A stretch of 64,000 nucleotides of DNA, from assembly GCA_043787415.1 (NCBI GenBank), contig JAYVUZ010000240.1, forward strand, positions 1,028 through 65,027. The letters are read 5' to 3'. Below are positions 1 to 8,788 of this stretch, one piece after another; the stretch's first letter is position 1, and each line of letters starts with the position of its first letter. The translations under genes and the position numbers were made by a program. The stretch is from Fimbriiglobus sp. GTDB taxonomy: Bacteria; Planctomycetota; Planctomycetia; Gemmatales; Gemmataceae. The notes under the pieces are model-generated. The model ran no database searches. It was not told the DNA's origin and saw only the letters and a program-made list of their open reading frames with translations.

Positions 1-978
1 CTCGACGGCCGCCAGCCGGCTGCCACCCTGGGGGTGCTGCCGACCCGTGACGATGAGCCGGGAGCCGGACTACGCTGGGTGGACCCGAACGGGCCGGCCG
101 GCAAGGCGGGGTTGCAAGCCGGCGACCGCATCCTCAAGGTCGGACCGGGCGAGAACGCGACAGCGGTCGTGCCGAACCGTCACGAACTGGCCGAGTTGGT
201 GGCGGCCAGCCGACCGGGCACCGTGCTGGCTGTCGAACGGAAGCGGGGCGATTCGACGGAGACAGTGATAGTCACGCTCGCCGCCGCCACTCCCACCCTT
301 CCGGACGAACTGCCCGCCGCCGAGCCGACGGGCGGCCCGCTCGCGACTCCGCCACCCGGCTTGCGCCGACGGACCAACCCGACCAGCGGTCGCAAAAGCT
401 GGGTGTATGTGCCCGACACGGTCCGCAAGGACTCCGCACCTGGTCTGCTCGTCTGGTTGCATCCAGCGGGGAAGGGTGGCCGGGACGCCGAGGCGGTGGT
501 TGAACTGTGGAAAGGCGTGGCGGTGGAACGGGGGCTGGTGCTGGTCGGCCCGGAGTCGGCCAACCCAGAAGGCTGGCTGGCCAGCGAAGCCGAAGAGGTG
601 CTGGCCGATGTGAGGGTCATCGCCCGCGAGTGTGGAGCTGACCCGGACCGGGTGGCGGCGGTCGGCGTCGGGGCTGGCGGACGGATGGCATACCACCTGG
701 GCTTTACCAGCGGCGACTTTATCAAGGGTGTGGCCGCTGTGGGCGCCGACCTCGGCACCAAACCGCGTGACTCGCAACCGGGCCGCCCGCTCTGGCTCTA
801 TCTGGGTGTTGGGGAGAAGGACGGTCGTCGTGAGGGCATGACCACCACCGCAGACGAGCTACGGTCACTCGGGTATTTCGTCACACTTCGGGAAATGACC
901 GGCGTCGGTGCTGACACACTGGACGCCGACACGGTAAACAAGTTGGGTGTGTGGCTAGACTACCTCGACCGCATCTGA
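1..978 (+). CDS. PDZ domain + alpha/beta-hydrolase-fold (esterase-like) protein, 5' end outside window
   Basis: Frame 1 is open from nt 1. PDZ-like segment (GKAGLQAGDRILKV) is followed by an esterase-like core (LLVWLHPAGKGG ... DPDRVAAVGVGAGGRMAY). Stop TGA at 976-978, followed by a strong hairpin. Confidence 0.7.
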   Translation, partial: LDGRQPAATLGVLPTRDDEPGAGLRWVDPNGPAGKAGLQAGDRILKVGPGENATAVVPNRHELAELVAASRPGTVLAVERKRGDSTETVIVTLAAATPTLPDELPAAEPTGGPLATPPPGLRRRTNPTSGRKSWVYVPDTVRKDSAPGLLVWLHPAGKGGRDAEAVVELWKGVAVERGLVLVGPESANPEGWLASEAEEVLADVRVIARECGADPDRVAAVGVGAGGRMAYHLGFTSGDFIKGVAAVGADLGTKPRDSQPGRPLWLYLGVGEKDGRREGMTTTADELRSLGYFVTLREMTGVGADTLDADTVNKLGVWLDYLDRI

Positions 979-991
979 CAGCAATAACTTG

Positions 992-1044
992 CACATCACG
1001 CGAGCGGCATCGGAGAAATTCTCCGATGCCGCTCGCGTGATGTG
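992..1044. terminator. Long perfect hairpin between convergent genes (about 24-bp stem)
   Basis: cacatcacgcgagcggcatcggag / ctccgatgccgctcgcgtgatgtg are exact reverse complements around an aaatt centre. It lies between the stop at 978 (+) and the stop at 1060 (-). Confidence 0.6.
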
Positions 1045-1059
1045 ATCGTCTGAAGCAAC

Positions 1060-2907
1060 TCATTGACAGGTCGGCACGCACACCGGCACGTATCGGGACA
1101 CGCACCGGCTGATGGTGTACCGCTCCATACTAGTGTACGGTACGCACTGAAGCCGGCACACCTGGTATGGCTCGCATCGCGGCACGGAGCGGGTAACATA
1201 CCGGCAGTGCTGCTCCGGCACATACCTCACTGAACAGTGCCGCACGACCCAACTGTGATCTTCCGGCACGTACCGACAGGTCCGCACCGGAAAGTACCGC
1301 ACACACTCTTCTGGAATGTACTCACAGTATCGGCGATTCTCATACCTGACATGGTCTTCGCGGACCTGCCGACAAGTGGTGTACGGCACATCGAACACTT
1401 GCGTCTCGGGTACCATCTGGCAGTGCCGCCGCACCTGATAGCTCGTGTGGTCCTGTTTCTCCGTCCGGCAGGTGGTGTACGGGATTTGCACGGTGCGGGT
1501 TTCCGGCACGCTGTAGCAATGACGACGAGTGACCATCTTGGTGTGGTTTTCGGGCACCATCCGGCAGGTGGTGTACGGCACGCTACGGGTGTGAGTCTCC
1601 GGCACGCTATAGCAGCGGTGTCGAGTCTGGTAGCTGACATGATCCTCCCGCACCGTCCGGCAGGTGGTGTACGGCACTTGGCAGACCTGCTCCTCAGGCA
1701 CCCGGTAGCAATACTGCCGGGTCACATAGTCGGTGTGCGTGTCGGCGACTATGCGGCAGACAGTCTGACAGTGCGGAACGGTTTCCGTGTAGGGCACGCA
1801 CCGCGTCTGGCAGACGTATTCGGTGGTGCAGACTGGTCGGCAAACATAGTTCGTGTCACACACCACTCGGCACTCGGTCCGCGGCACGCACACCGGCCGG
1901 CAGACCACACGGCCGCCACACGGGTCGCAGGGGTCCGGCACGAATTCGCTGACCGTCTGGGTCTCGTAGATGGTGTACGACACCACCCGTTGTGTCGTCA
2001 CCGGCTCGCTGACGTAGTGGGTCCGCTGCACCGCTACCTGGTGAGTTTCCGTCCGGTAGCGGGTAACCGGGTAGTAACTCGTCCGCTGCTCGTATTCCGG
2101 CCGGTAGCTGGTGCGTATCACCGGCTGCTGGTAGCTGGCGGTTTCGATCCGGTAGGTGATGTACCGATGCTCCCGGGCGTGATGCTCCTGGACGGTGTAA
2201 TAGGTGCTGTACGGCACCGGCACTGTGTACGGCTCGACCACCGGCCGGTAGGTGACATACTGTTGCTCGGCGACGTGCTGCTCGTACACCGGTCGGTTGA
2301 CGGTGTAATGCACCGGCTCACAGTACTCCTGCACCACCGGGCGATTCAATGTGTAAGTGTGCTCACGGACGTGCTGCTCGCGGATCGTGCGGTAGGTGCT
2401 GTACGGTATGGCAACATTGTACTCGTTCACCACCGGGCGGTGGAAGGTGCGGGACACCTGCCGGACGTGCTGCTCGTACACCGGGTGGTAGGTGCTGTAC
2501 GGGATGGCCACCGGCACGTCCCGGTACACCGGCCGGTTGACGGTATACCGCTGCTCCTGCAACTGGGTGTCGTACACCGGCCGGTTGACGACGTAGCGAT
2601 AGACGGTGTCGTGCTGTTCGACCACCGGCCGGTTGACGGTATACGGCATCGCCTCCACTTGGGAGTCGTAAACCGTGCGGTACGCAGTGACCGTCACCGG
2701 CTGGTAGGTGCTCCGCGTCACCGGGCGGTAGGCGACTTCGTTTACCACCTCGCTTACCGGCTGGTACGCAATCCGCATACTCATCACCGGCGGGACACAC
2801 TGCTCGGGCGCGAGTGCGGCGGCCGGATAGCCACACAGACCGCAGTGCCCGGCCGTGGCAGCGAGTGGCGTCATCAGCACCGCTGTCAGAATCCAGTACC
2901 GTTGCAT
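1060..2907 (-). CDS. Secreted Tyr/Val/Pro- and Cys-rich repeat protein (YTV-type planctomycete repeat protein)
   Basis: ATG at 2907 is preceded by GGAGGG, followed by a signal-peptide-like MQRYWILTAVLMTPLAATAG. N-terminal half has many YTVNRPV / PYSTY units. Middle has CRPVC-type Cys clusters. C-terminal part has five 32-aa Cys repeats. The longer ORF to 3051 was rejected as the start. Confidence 0.75.
   Translation of the reverse strand: MQRYWILTAVLMTPLAATAGHCGLCGYPAAALAPEQCVPPVMSMRIAYQPVSEVVNEVAYRPVTRSTYQPVTVTAYRTVYDSQVEAMPYTVNRPVVEQHDTVYRYVVNRPVYDTQLQEQRYTVNRPVYRDVPVAIPYSTYHPVYEQHVRQVSRTFHRPVVNEYNVAIPYSTYRTIREQHVREHTYTLNRPVVQEYCEPVHYTVNRPVYEQHVAEQQYVTYRPVVEPYTVPVPYSTYYTVQEHHAREHRYITYRIETASYQQPVIRTSYRPEYEQRTSYYPVTRYRTETHQVAVQRTHYVSEPVTTQRVVSYTIYETQTVSEFVPDPCDPCGGRVVCRPVCVPRTECRVVCDTNYVCRPVCTTEYVCQTRCVPYTETVPHCQTVCRIVADTHTDYVTRQYCYRVPEEQVCQVPYTTCRTVREDHVSYQTRHRCYSVPETHTRSVPYTTCRMVPENHTKMVTRRHCYSVPETRTVQIPYTTCRTEKQDHTSYQVRRHCQMVPETQVFDVPYTTCRQVREDHVRYENRRYCEYIPEECVRYFPVRTCRYVPEDHSWVVRHCSVRYVPEQHCRYVTRSVPRCEPYQVCRLQCVPYTSMERYTISRCVSRYVPVCVPTCQ
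1237..1710 (-). repeat. Five tandem 96-bp (32-aa) coding repeats inside the YTV/Cys-rich gene
   Basis: Protein repeat unit is C(Y/Q)xVPE-x6-VPYTTCR-x3-(E/Q)(D/N)H-x5-R(R/H)(H/Y). The DNA core ccggcaggtggtgtacgg recurs at about 1466, 1562 and 1659. Confidence 0.8.
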
Positions 2908-3094
2908 GGCCGCACCCTCCTGCCGTCCGTCGTGGTGTAAAGCTGCCGCCGCGCAGGGCGTGAGCCGTAGAAAATATGCCCGACGGCCGGTGGCCGGGTG
3001 AGCCGAAGCGGGGGGAACTGGGGGGACCGTGCCGGACGCCCTCCCGGTCAACCGGCGTAGCCCGGTTAACCGCGCCGGCCGTTAAGATAGGCTC

Positions 3095-3961
3095 ATGTCA
3101 TCCGTCGCAGGTATCACGCCCGACCACGACGAGAGCGTCGAACAGGGGTACTTCTTCCGCACCTTCCGCGAGCGGTTGGCCGAAAACCTACCCGCGCAGG
3201 AGATTCTGACCCGTGCCCATGAAGAGGTGTTGTCCAGTACACGGCTGCCGATGGCCGTCGAGTTCCTGGCCACCGAGCTGAAGCACACCGGCCGGCTGTC
3301 CAGCGGGTTCGCCCGCCTGCCACACTATTTCACCCCATTCCAGACGTTCGTGGTGGCGCAGGCCGAGGACGAGCGACAACGGCTGACCATGCCCAAGGCA
3401 CTCGAAATCCTGGAAAAGGAAGCGACTTACAAGAGCGGAACCCCGCTGCCGGCCGGGCTGTTCGTGTACCAGTACGAGACCATCGCCCGGAACCGCTTGG
3501 GGTACGATTCCGGCCTGACAGCCGTCGCCGGCGACCCGATCTACCCGGCCGAGTGGCGGGGGTACATCGACTTGATCCGCCGACAGTCGGGGGTGATGGA
3601 GTTCGCCGACCTGGTGTACCTGCGGAGCGAACAGTACGTCGCCGACGTGCGGCGTCGAAAGCCCGGGTTCGAGCCGCCGGTGCCGCCGCTGTTCGCCGCG
3701 AAGGAAGGGAAGATCGCCAAGGCCAGCAAGGGCCGCGACCCGCTGTTCCTGTTCGCCGCGCTCCAGCGACAGCTCGGCTACCCGGAAGTGCCACGGTTCA
3801 AAACGCGGGAGGATCTCGGGGGCCGGTTCGAGGCGCTGCAAAACAAAGTCAAAGAGCTGGAATCGCGGCTCCGAATGCTCGAAGCCGAGCAGCGGGGCAC
3901 GTTCGACCCGACGCAGTTCGGCAAGCCAGACTTGTTCAAGGACGACGAAGACAAGAAGTGA
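3095..3961 (+). CDS. Hypothetical protein, 288 aa, C-terminal coiled-coil-like segment
   Basis: ATG at 3095. Balanced, non-Arg/Pro-biased composition in contrast to the overlapping frames. KVKELESRLRMLEAEQR segment. Followed by a hairpin. No family recognised. Confidence 0.65.
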   Translation: MSSVAGITPDHDESVEQGYFFRTFRERLAENLPAQEILTRAHEEVLSSTRLPMAVEFLATELKHTGRLSSGFARLPHYFTPFQTFVVAQAEDERQRLTMPKALEILEKEATYKSGTPLPAGLFVYQYETIARNRLGYDSGLTAVAGDPIYPAEWRGYIDLIRRQSGVMEFADLVYLRSEQYVADVRRRKPGFEPPVPPLFAAKEGKIAKASKGRDPLFLFAALQRQLGYPEVPRFKTREDLGGRFEALQNKVKELESRLRMLEAEQRGTFDPTQFGKPDLFKDDEDKK

Positions 3962-3966
3962 CAGAC

Positions 3967-3996
3967 GAGGCCCACCCGTTGGTGCGGGTGGGCCTC
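3967..3996. terminator. 12-bp-stem hairpin between convergent genes
   Basis: gaggcccacccg-ttggtg-cgggtgggcctc, located between the stop at 3961 (+) and the stop at 4002 (-). Confidence 0.55.
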
Positions 3997-4001
3997 ATGG
4001 C

Positions 4002-4232
4002 TCAGCTCGCGGTCGGTTTGCAGGAGCGGAAGATCTGAAGGACTTCGTGCAGGTCTTCGCTGATTTGCACTTCGTCGTCCAGGAAATCTTTCAGCCAGAT
4101 GAAGTTGAGCTTCTGGGCCAGGGCCACCAGCGGCAGCAGGTCGCCGAGCCGGACGCGTACCGAGGGGTCCATAAGTGGCTCGTCGGCCGTCTCCTCGACC
4201 GCCTCGCGGAAGACTCGCAGGTGTGTGCCCAT
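4002..4232 (-). CDS. Small acidic hypothetical protein (76 aa)
   Basis: ATG at 4232 is preceded by GGAGAGG at good spacing. Fills an otherwise empty 400-bp gap and ends at the 3967-3996 hairpin. Locally lower GC. Confidence 0.5.
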   Translation of the reverse strand: MGTHLRVFREAVEETADEPLMDPSVRVRLGDLLPLVALAQKLNFIWLKDFLDDEVQISEDLHEVLQIFRSCKPTAS

Positions 4233-4357
4233 CGCTGCCTCTCCATGGTGTCAGCTTTACCATCGTCCCGGCGGGCGGCCGGACGTGACGAGTTTCGCGG
4301 CGGCAGACATCCGGTTCCCAGCGGGCCGGTAAGATATGCGCGTGACGCGGGGGGCGT

Positions 4358-5356
4358 ATGGCCACTTTTGCGGTACTCGGCGCCGGCGGTTGGGGGACGG
4401 CCGTAGCCGTCGTGCTGGCCGCACGGCCCGGGGTGCGCGTCCGGTTGTGGGCTGCCCGTGAGGCGTCCGGCCGGCAGTTGATGGAGATGCGGGAGAACGT
4501 CCGCCAGTTGCCCGGAGTGCCGATCCCACGCGCCGTCGAAATCACCACCGACCCGGCGGTGGCGGCCGGGGCCGACTGCTGGGTGACGGCCGTGCCGACC
4601 GCCCACCTCCGGGCCACGCTCGACCGGCTGCGGCCGTTCGCCGGCGACGTGCCCGTGGTGTCGCTCACCAAAGGCATCGAGCAGGGCACCTTCCGCCGAC
4701 CGACGCAGGTCATCAACGAGGTGCTCGGGCCGCGGCGGGTGGCGGCGGTCAGCGGCCCGAGCCACGCCGAGGAGGTGGCCCGAGGGATGCCGACGAGCGT
4801 GGTCGCGGCCAGCCCGGACGCGGAACTGGCGGGGTGGGTGCAACGGCACTTCGGCGGCGACCGGCTGCGGGTGTACACCAACCACGACTTAGCCGGGGTG
4901 GAACTGGCCGGGGCGCTGAAGAACGTTATTGGGGTGGCCGCCGGGGTGGCCGACGGGCTGGGCTTCGGCGACAACGCGAAGGCGGCGCTGCTGGCCCGCG
5001 GACTGGTGGAGATGACCCGGTTCGGCGTGGCCCACGGGGCCGAGCCGGCGACCTTCGCCGGGCTGGCCGGGGTGGGCGACCTCATCACCACCTGTTTCAG
5101 CAAGCACGGGCGTAACCGCCGGGCCGGCGAGCGGCTGGCCCAAGGGGTGACGCTCGCAGCGTTGGCAGCCGGGCCGCAAGTGGCCGAGGGGTTGTACACC
5201 GCCAAGAGCGTGGCCGACCGGGCGGCGGCGATGGGGCTGGACGTGCCGATCATGAGCGGGGTGCATCAGGTGCTGTATGCCGGTTTGTCGCCGGCGGTAG
5301 CCGTGCGGGAGTTGATGGCCCGCGCCCAGCGGGGCGAGAACACCTTCCTGGGGTGA
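4358..5356 (+). CDS. gpsA: NAD(P)H-dependent glycerol-3-phosphate dehydrogenase
   Basis: GAGGWGTA dinucleotide fold, SLTKGIE, GALKNVIGVAAG. Typical length of 332 aa. Confidence 0.95.
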   Translation: MATFAVLGAGGWGTAVAVVLAARPGVRVRLWAAREASGRQLMEMRENVRQLPGVPIPRAVEITTDPAVAAGADCWVTAVPTAHLRATLDRLRPFAGDVPVVSLTKGIEQGTFRRPTQVINEVLGPRRVAAVSGPSHAEEVARGMPTSVVAASPDAELAGWVQRHFGGDRLRVYTNHDLAGVELAGALKNVIGVAAGVADGLGFGDNAKAALLARGLVEMTRFGVAHGAEPATFAGLAGVGDLITTCFSKHGRNRRAGERLAQGVTLAALAAGPQVAEGLYTAKSVADRAAAMGLDVPIMSGVHQVLYAGLSPAVAVRELMARAQRGENTFLG

Positions 5357-5360
5357 CGGC

Positions 5361-5849
5361 ATGGAACCAACGGTCGCCTTTAAGGAGTGGGCGGCGGTCT
5401 GCCTGGCCCTGGCCGGCGGGCGGCAGACGGTCATCCTTCGCAAAGGTGGCACCCACGAGGAGGGGGGGGTGTTTCGCCCGGAGTTCGACCGCTTCTGGTT
5501 GTATGCGACGCAGTTCCACGAGCAGCAACAGGCCGGGCTGAAGCCCGAATTTCTGCCACTCCTTGAGGCGGCGGAACGGCCGCCGGCCGGCACGGTGGTG
5601 CTAACGCACGTTGCCGCGGTGACGGCGGTGCGTCACCTGACGACGCTCGACGAGGTGTTGGCCCTGGACGACCGGCACGTGCTGACCGCCGACGTGGTGC
5701 GGCAGCGGTTCCACTACCGCACGCCCGGGCTTTACGTGTTCGAGGTGCGGGTGACGCCGGCCCGCCGGCTAGTCGTGCCCGAGCGGCCGGCGTATGTCGG
5801 CTGCAAGACGTGGGTGCATCTACACGCGGACGATTTGGAGCCGAAATGA
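5361..5849 (+). CDS. DUF1802 family protein
   Basis: N-terminus VAFKEWAAVCLALAGGRQTVILRKGG matches my recollection of the DUF1802 signature. Starts 4 nt after gpsA and overlaps the next gene by ATGA. Confidence 0.75.
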   Translation: MEPTVAFKEWAAVCLALAGGRQTVILRKGGTHEEGGVFRPEFDRFWLYATQFHEQQQAGLKPEFLPLLEAAERPPAGTVVLTHVAAVTAVRHLTTLDEVLALDDRHVLTADVVRQRFHYRTPGLYVFEVRVTPARRLVVPERPAYVGCKTWVHLHADDLEPK

Positions 5850-6595
5850 CTCAGGTCGTGCTTGTCACCGGGGCCGGCAAGCGGCGGGTCGGGTTCCACG
5901 TCGCCGAGGCGTTCGCCCGCCGCGGCTGGGCGGTGGCGGTGCACTACCGCTCATCCGCCGCCGAGGCGGCCGACACGGTCGCCCACCTCCGCGGTCTAGG
6001 GGCGGACGCCGACACCTTTGCCGCCGAGCTGAGTGACGAGGGGCAAGTGCGGGCAATGACCGAGGGTGTGTATGCGCGGTTCGGCCGGGTGGACGCGCTG
6101 GTAAACGCGGCCGCCGTCTGGCCCCGCAAGCGGCTCGAAGACGTGACTGCCGCCGACGTGCGGACGTGCTTCGACGACAACACCCTCGGCACCTTCCTCA
6201 CCTGCCAGCACGTCGGGCTACGCATGTGTGGCCAATCCGACGGCGGGTGCATTGTGAACATCGGCGACTGGGCCGACGCCCGGCCGTACCGCGACTACGC
6301 CGCATACTTCCCGAGCAAGGCCGCGATTCCCGGGCTGACGCGAACGTTCGCCGTTGAACTGGGCACCCGGAACCCGAAGGTGCGGGTGAACTGCGTCCTG
6401 CCGGGGCCGGTGATGCTGCCGCCGGATTTGCCCGAGGCCGAGCGGCGGGAAGCCATCGATGCCACGCTGGTCAAGCGGGAGGGGTCGCCGGGCCACGTCG
6501 CGGCGGCGGTGCTGGCGCTAGTGGACAACGAGTTCGTGACGGGGGTGTGCCTGCCGGTGGACGGCGGGCGGACGGTCTACGCCGGGGGGCTGTAG
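5846..6595 (+). CDS. Short-chain dehydrogenase/reductase (pteridine-reductase-like SDR)
   Basis: ATG at 5846 overlaps the DUF1802 stop (ATGA). VTGAGKRRVG cofactor motif and a YxxxK catalytic motif (YFPSK). Confidence 0.9.
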   Translation: MTQVVLVTGAGKRRVGFHVAEAFARRGWAVAVHYRSSAAEAADTVAHLRGLGADADTFAAELSDEGQVRAMTEGVYARFGRVDALVNAAAVWPRKRLEDVTAADVRTCFDDNTLGTFLTCQHVGLRMCGQSDGGCIVNIGDWADARPYRDYAAYFPSKAAIPGLTRTFAVELGTRNPKVRVNCVLPGPVMLPPDLPEAERREAIDATLVKREGSPGHVAAAVLALVDNEFVTGVCLPVDGGRTVYAGGL

Positions 6596-6649
6596 GGCAC
6601 GCTATTGCGTGCCGTGGGCGCGAGGACGGCACGCAATAGCGTGCCCTAC
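6592..6649. repeat. 23-bp-arm perfect palindrome with self-complementary arms, spanning two convergent gene ends
   Basis: gtagggcacgctattgcgtgccg - 12 nt - cggcacgcaatagcgtgccctac. Each arm contains ggcacgc-tatt-gcgtgcc. The left arm covers the SDR stop and the right arm encodes the last residues of SelA. Confidence 0.7.
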
Positions 6650-7948
6650 GGCTGCCACCAGGTCGTCCTCCTGCTCCGCGAACACCGTCCGCACGTCCAG
6701 CAGCATCTTGCCACCCTTCACCCGCCCGAGGACCGCCGGCGAGCCGATCCGCAATCGCGCCGCTAGACCGGCCTCGTCCAGCACCACCACGGCCGTCGGC
6801 AGGGGCACGTCCGGCAAGGTGCCGCCGCCGGCGTAACCTACGTCGTCCCGCGCCGTGCCACCGAGCCGCAACGCCAGTCGGGCGGCCCGCTCCCGCAGTT
6901 CGGCGAGCGGCGTCGTGAGCATCCGCAGCGTCGGCAGCTCGCGGATCGCCCGGGCCGGATCGCGGTACACCCGCAGGGTCGCTTCCAACGCCGCGAGCGA
7001 CAGCTTGTCCAGCCGCACCGCCCGGAACAGCGGGTCGGCCTCGATGCGGTCGATGAGCGGCTTTCGCCCGGCGATGACGCCGGCTTGTGGCCCGCCGAGT
7101 AGTTTGTCCCCACTGAACAGCGTCAGGTCGGCCCCGGCCGCGATGCCGGCCGACACCAGCGGCTCGCTCCCGAGGCCGAAGGCCGCAAGATCGACCGCTA
7201 GCCCGCTGCCGCAGTCGTCCACCACGGGGATGCCGTGTCGCTTGCCGACAGCCGCCAGCTCACCGACGCTCACCGACTTGGTGAACCCCCGCACCCGGTA
7301 GTTACTGGTGTGGACCCGCAGCAGCATGGCGGTGTTCGGCCCGACGGCCCGCTCGTAGTCGGCGACCCGGGTGATGTTGGTGGTGCCCACCTCGCGGAGC
7401 GTCGCCCCGCTGACGGCCATCACCTCCGGGAGTCGGAAGCCGCCGCCGATCTCGATGAGCTGGCCCCGGCTGACGACCACCTCTCGGCCGGCGGCTAGTG
7501 CCCGCAGCACCAGCACCGTGGCGGCGGCGCAGTTGTTGACGACCGTCGCCGCCTCGGCCCCGGTGAGGTGGCACAGCCCGGCCCGCACCGGGTCTTGCCG
7601 CTTGTTCCGCTTCCCGGTGGTGAGATCGACTTCGAGGTTCAGGTAGCCGCTGGCAGCGGCGGTCACGGCGACCACCGCCTCGGCGTGCAGCGGCGACCGG
7701 CCCAGGTTCGTATGCAGGACGACGCCGGTGGCGTTGATCACCGGCCGGAGTCGAGGGGCCGCGTCGGCGGCCAGGCGAGTCGCCGCCCGTGCGGCGAACT
7801 CAGCGACCGTCGGAATCGGATCGGGCAACTCGGCACGCACGGCGGCCAACTCTGCCCGGACGGCGGCGGTGGCCGCCGGCGACCGCAGCCCTAATTCGGC
7901 CAGCACGGCCGTGACGGCCGGCAGCTTCCGCCGCGGCTCGCTGGTCAT
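6602..7948 (-). CDS. selA: L-seryl-tRNA(Sec) selenium transferase
   Basis: NATGVVLHTNLGRSPL, plus the PLP-lysine region FSGDKLLGGPQAG. 448 aa. ATG overlaps the upstream stop (ATGA). Confidence 0.92.
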   Translation of the reverse strand: MTSEPRRKLPAVTAVLAELGLRSPAATAAVRAELAAVRAELPDPIPTVAEFAARAATRLAADAAPRLRPVINATGVVLHTNLGRSPLHAEAVVAVTAAASGYLNLEVDLTTGKRNKRQDPVRAGLCHLTGAEAATVVNNCAAATVLVLRALAAGREVVVSRGQLIEIGGGFRLPEVMAVSGATLREVGTTNITRVADYERAVGPNTAMLLRVHTSNYRVRGFTKSVSVGELAAVGKRHGIPVVDDCGSGLAVDLAAFGLGSEPLVSAGIAAGADLTLFSGDKLLGGPQAGVIAGRKPLIDRIEADPLFRAVRLDKLSLAALEATLRVYRDPARAIRELPTLRMLTTPLAELRERAARLALRLGGTARDDVGYAGGGTLPDVPLPTAVVVLDEAGLAARLRIGSPAVLGRVKGGKMLLDVRTVFAEQEDDLVAAVGHAIACRPRAHGTQ

Positions 7949-8748
7949 GTCGGCTGGTCGGCCGGAACGAACCGCCGCAAGAACTTCACCCCGGCGGCCA
8001 CATCGCCGGGGCGGTCCGGCCCGCCCTCGCGGTCCACCACCACGAACCCGCGGTAGTCGGCCGCATCCAGGGTGGCGATCACGCTGAACCAGTCCAGGTC
8101 GCCGGCCCCGACGGCCGTCTCAGTGCCGCCGCCGCTGACCGACACCGTCCGCCCGTCGCGGGCCTGCACCACCGCCACCCGGCCGCCGAGGGCACGCAGT
8201 GCGGCGAGCGGGTCGAGTCGGTTGAGCAGGAAGTTGGTCGGATCGTAGCAAGCGGCCAGCCCGCCGGTGTCGAACCCGTCCAGGTACTTCGCCACCGCGT
8301 CGCCGACATCCAGCCCCGGTTCCACCGCGAGCCGCACCCCCAGCCGGTCCGCACACCTCCCGAGATCAGCGACCGCCTCCCGTAATATCGTCCCCCGCGG
8401 CGTCGGCTCCTCGCCCGGCAACTTTGGCAGCGGCACGATCACCGTCCGACAACCCAGGTCAGCCGCCAGTTGCAGCACCTTGCCGACATACTCGACCCGC
8501 TGTTGCTGGTCGTCGGCGACATCAAGTCCCCGACGCAGCGGGCAGACGACCGCGGCCAGCGACAGGTTGAAGGAGCGGAGCAGGGTGCGAAACTCCCGCC
8601 GGCCGGTGGCGGTCAGCCGGTCCGGGGCCAAGTCGCCGGCGGCGTCGATCTGCACCCCGCTGACCCCGAGCTTGGCGGCCGACAGCAGCCCCTGCCGCGG
8701 CGGCTGGCCGAGGGCGTCGAGGCTCAACCCGAGCAGGAGCCGACGCAT
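7945..8748 (-). CDS. Sugar phosphate isomerase/epimerase (xylose-isomerase-like TIM barrel)
   Basis: Length and pattern typical of the AP-endonuclease-2 / xylose-isomerase-like fold (RLAVEP..., YDPTNF). ATG at 8748. Confidence 0.75.
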   Translation of the reverse strand: MRRLLLGLSLDALGQPPRQGLLSAAKLGVSGVQIDAAGDLAPDRLTATGRREFRTLLRSFNLSLAAVVCPLRRGLDVADDQQQRVEYVGKVLQLAADLGCRTVIVPLPKLPGEEPTPRGTILREAVADLGRCADRLGVRLAVEPGLDVGDAVAKYLDGFDTGGLAACYDPTNFLLNRLDPLAALRALGGRVAVVQARDGRTVSVSGGGTETAVGAGDLDWFSVIATLDAADYRGFVVVDREGGPDRPGDVAAGVKFLRRFVPADQPT

Positions 8749-8788
8749 TTTTCACCGCGGAGGGCGCTCAGGACGCAGAGGAGGACAA

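Noticed and set aside
1237-1710. Regularly spaced 96-bp repeats considered as a CRISPR-like or minisatellite array.
   Set aside because: The repeats are in frame within a long ORF and encode a coherent 32-aa Cys motif. There is no repeat-spacer alternation and there are no cas genes.
1237-2940. 567-aa plus-strand ORF opposite the YTV/Cys-rich gene. The same applies to other very long antisense ORFs: 3778-5253, 10252-11733, 18282-19640, 23329-25128, 28828-30522, 38812-40065, 46226-48994, 61172-62641.
   Set aside because: All lie antisense or out of frame to genes with unmistakable family motifs. They are strongly Arg/Pro/Gly/His-biased and carry no motif. Long open antisense frames are expected at this GC content.
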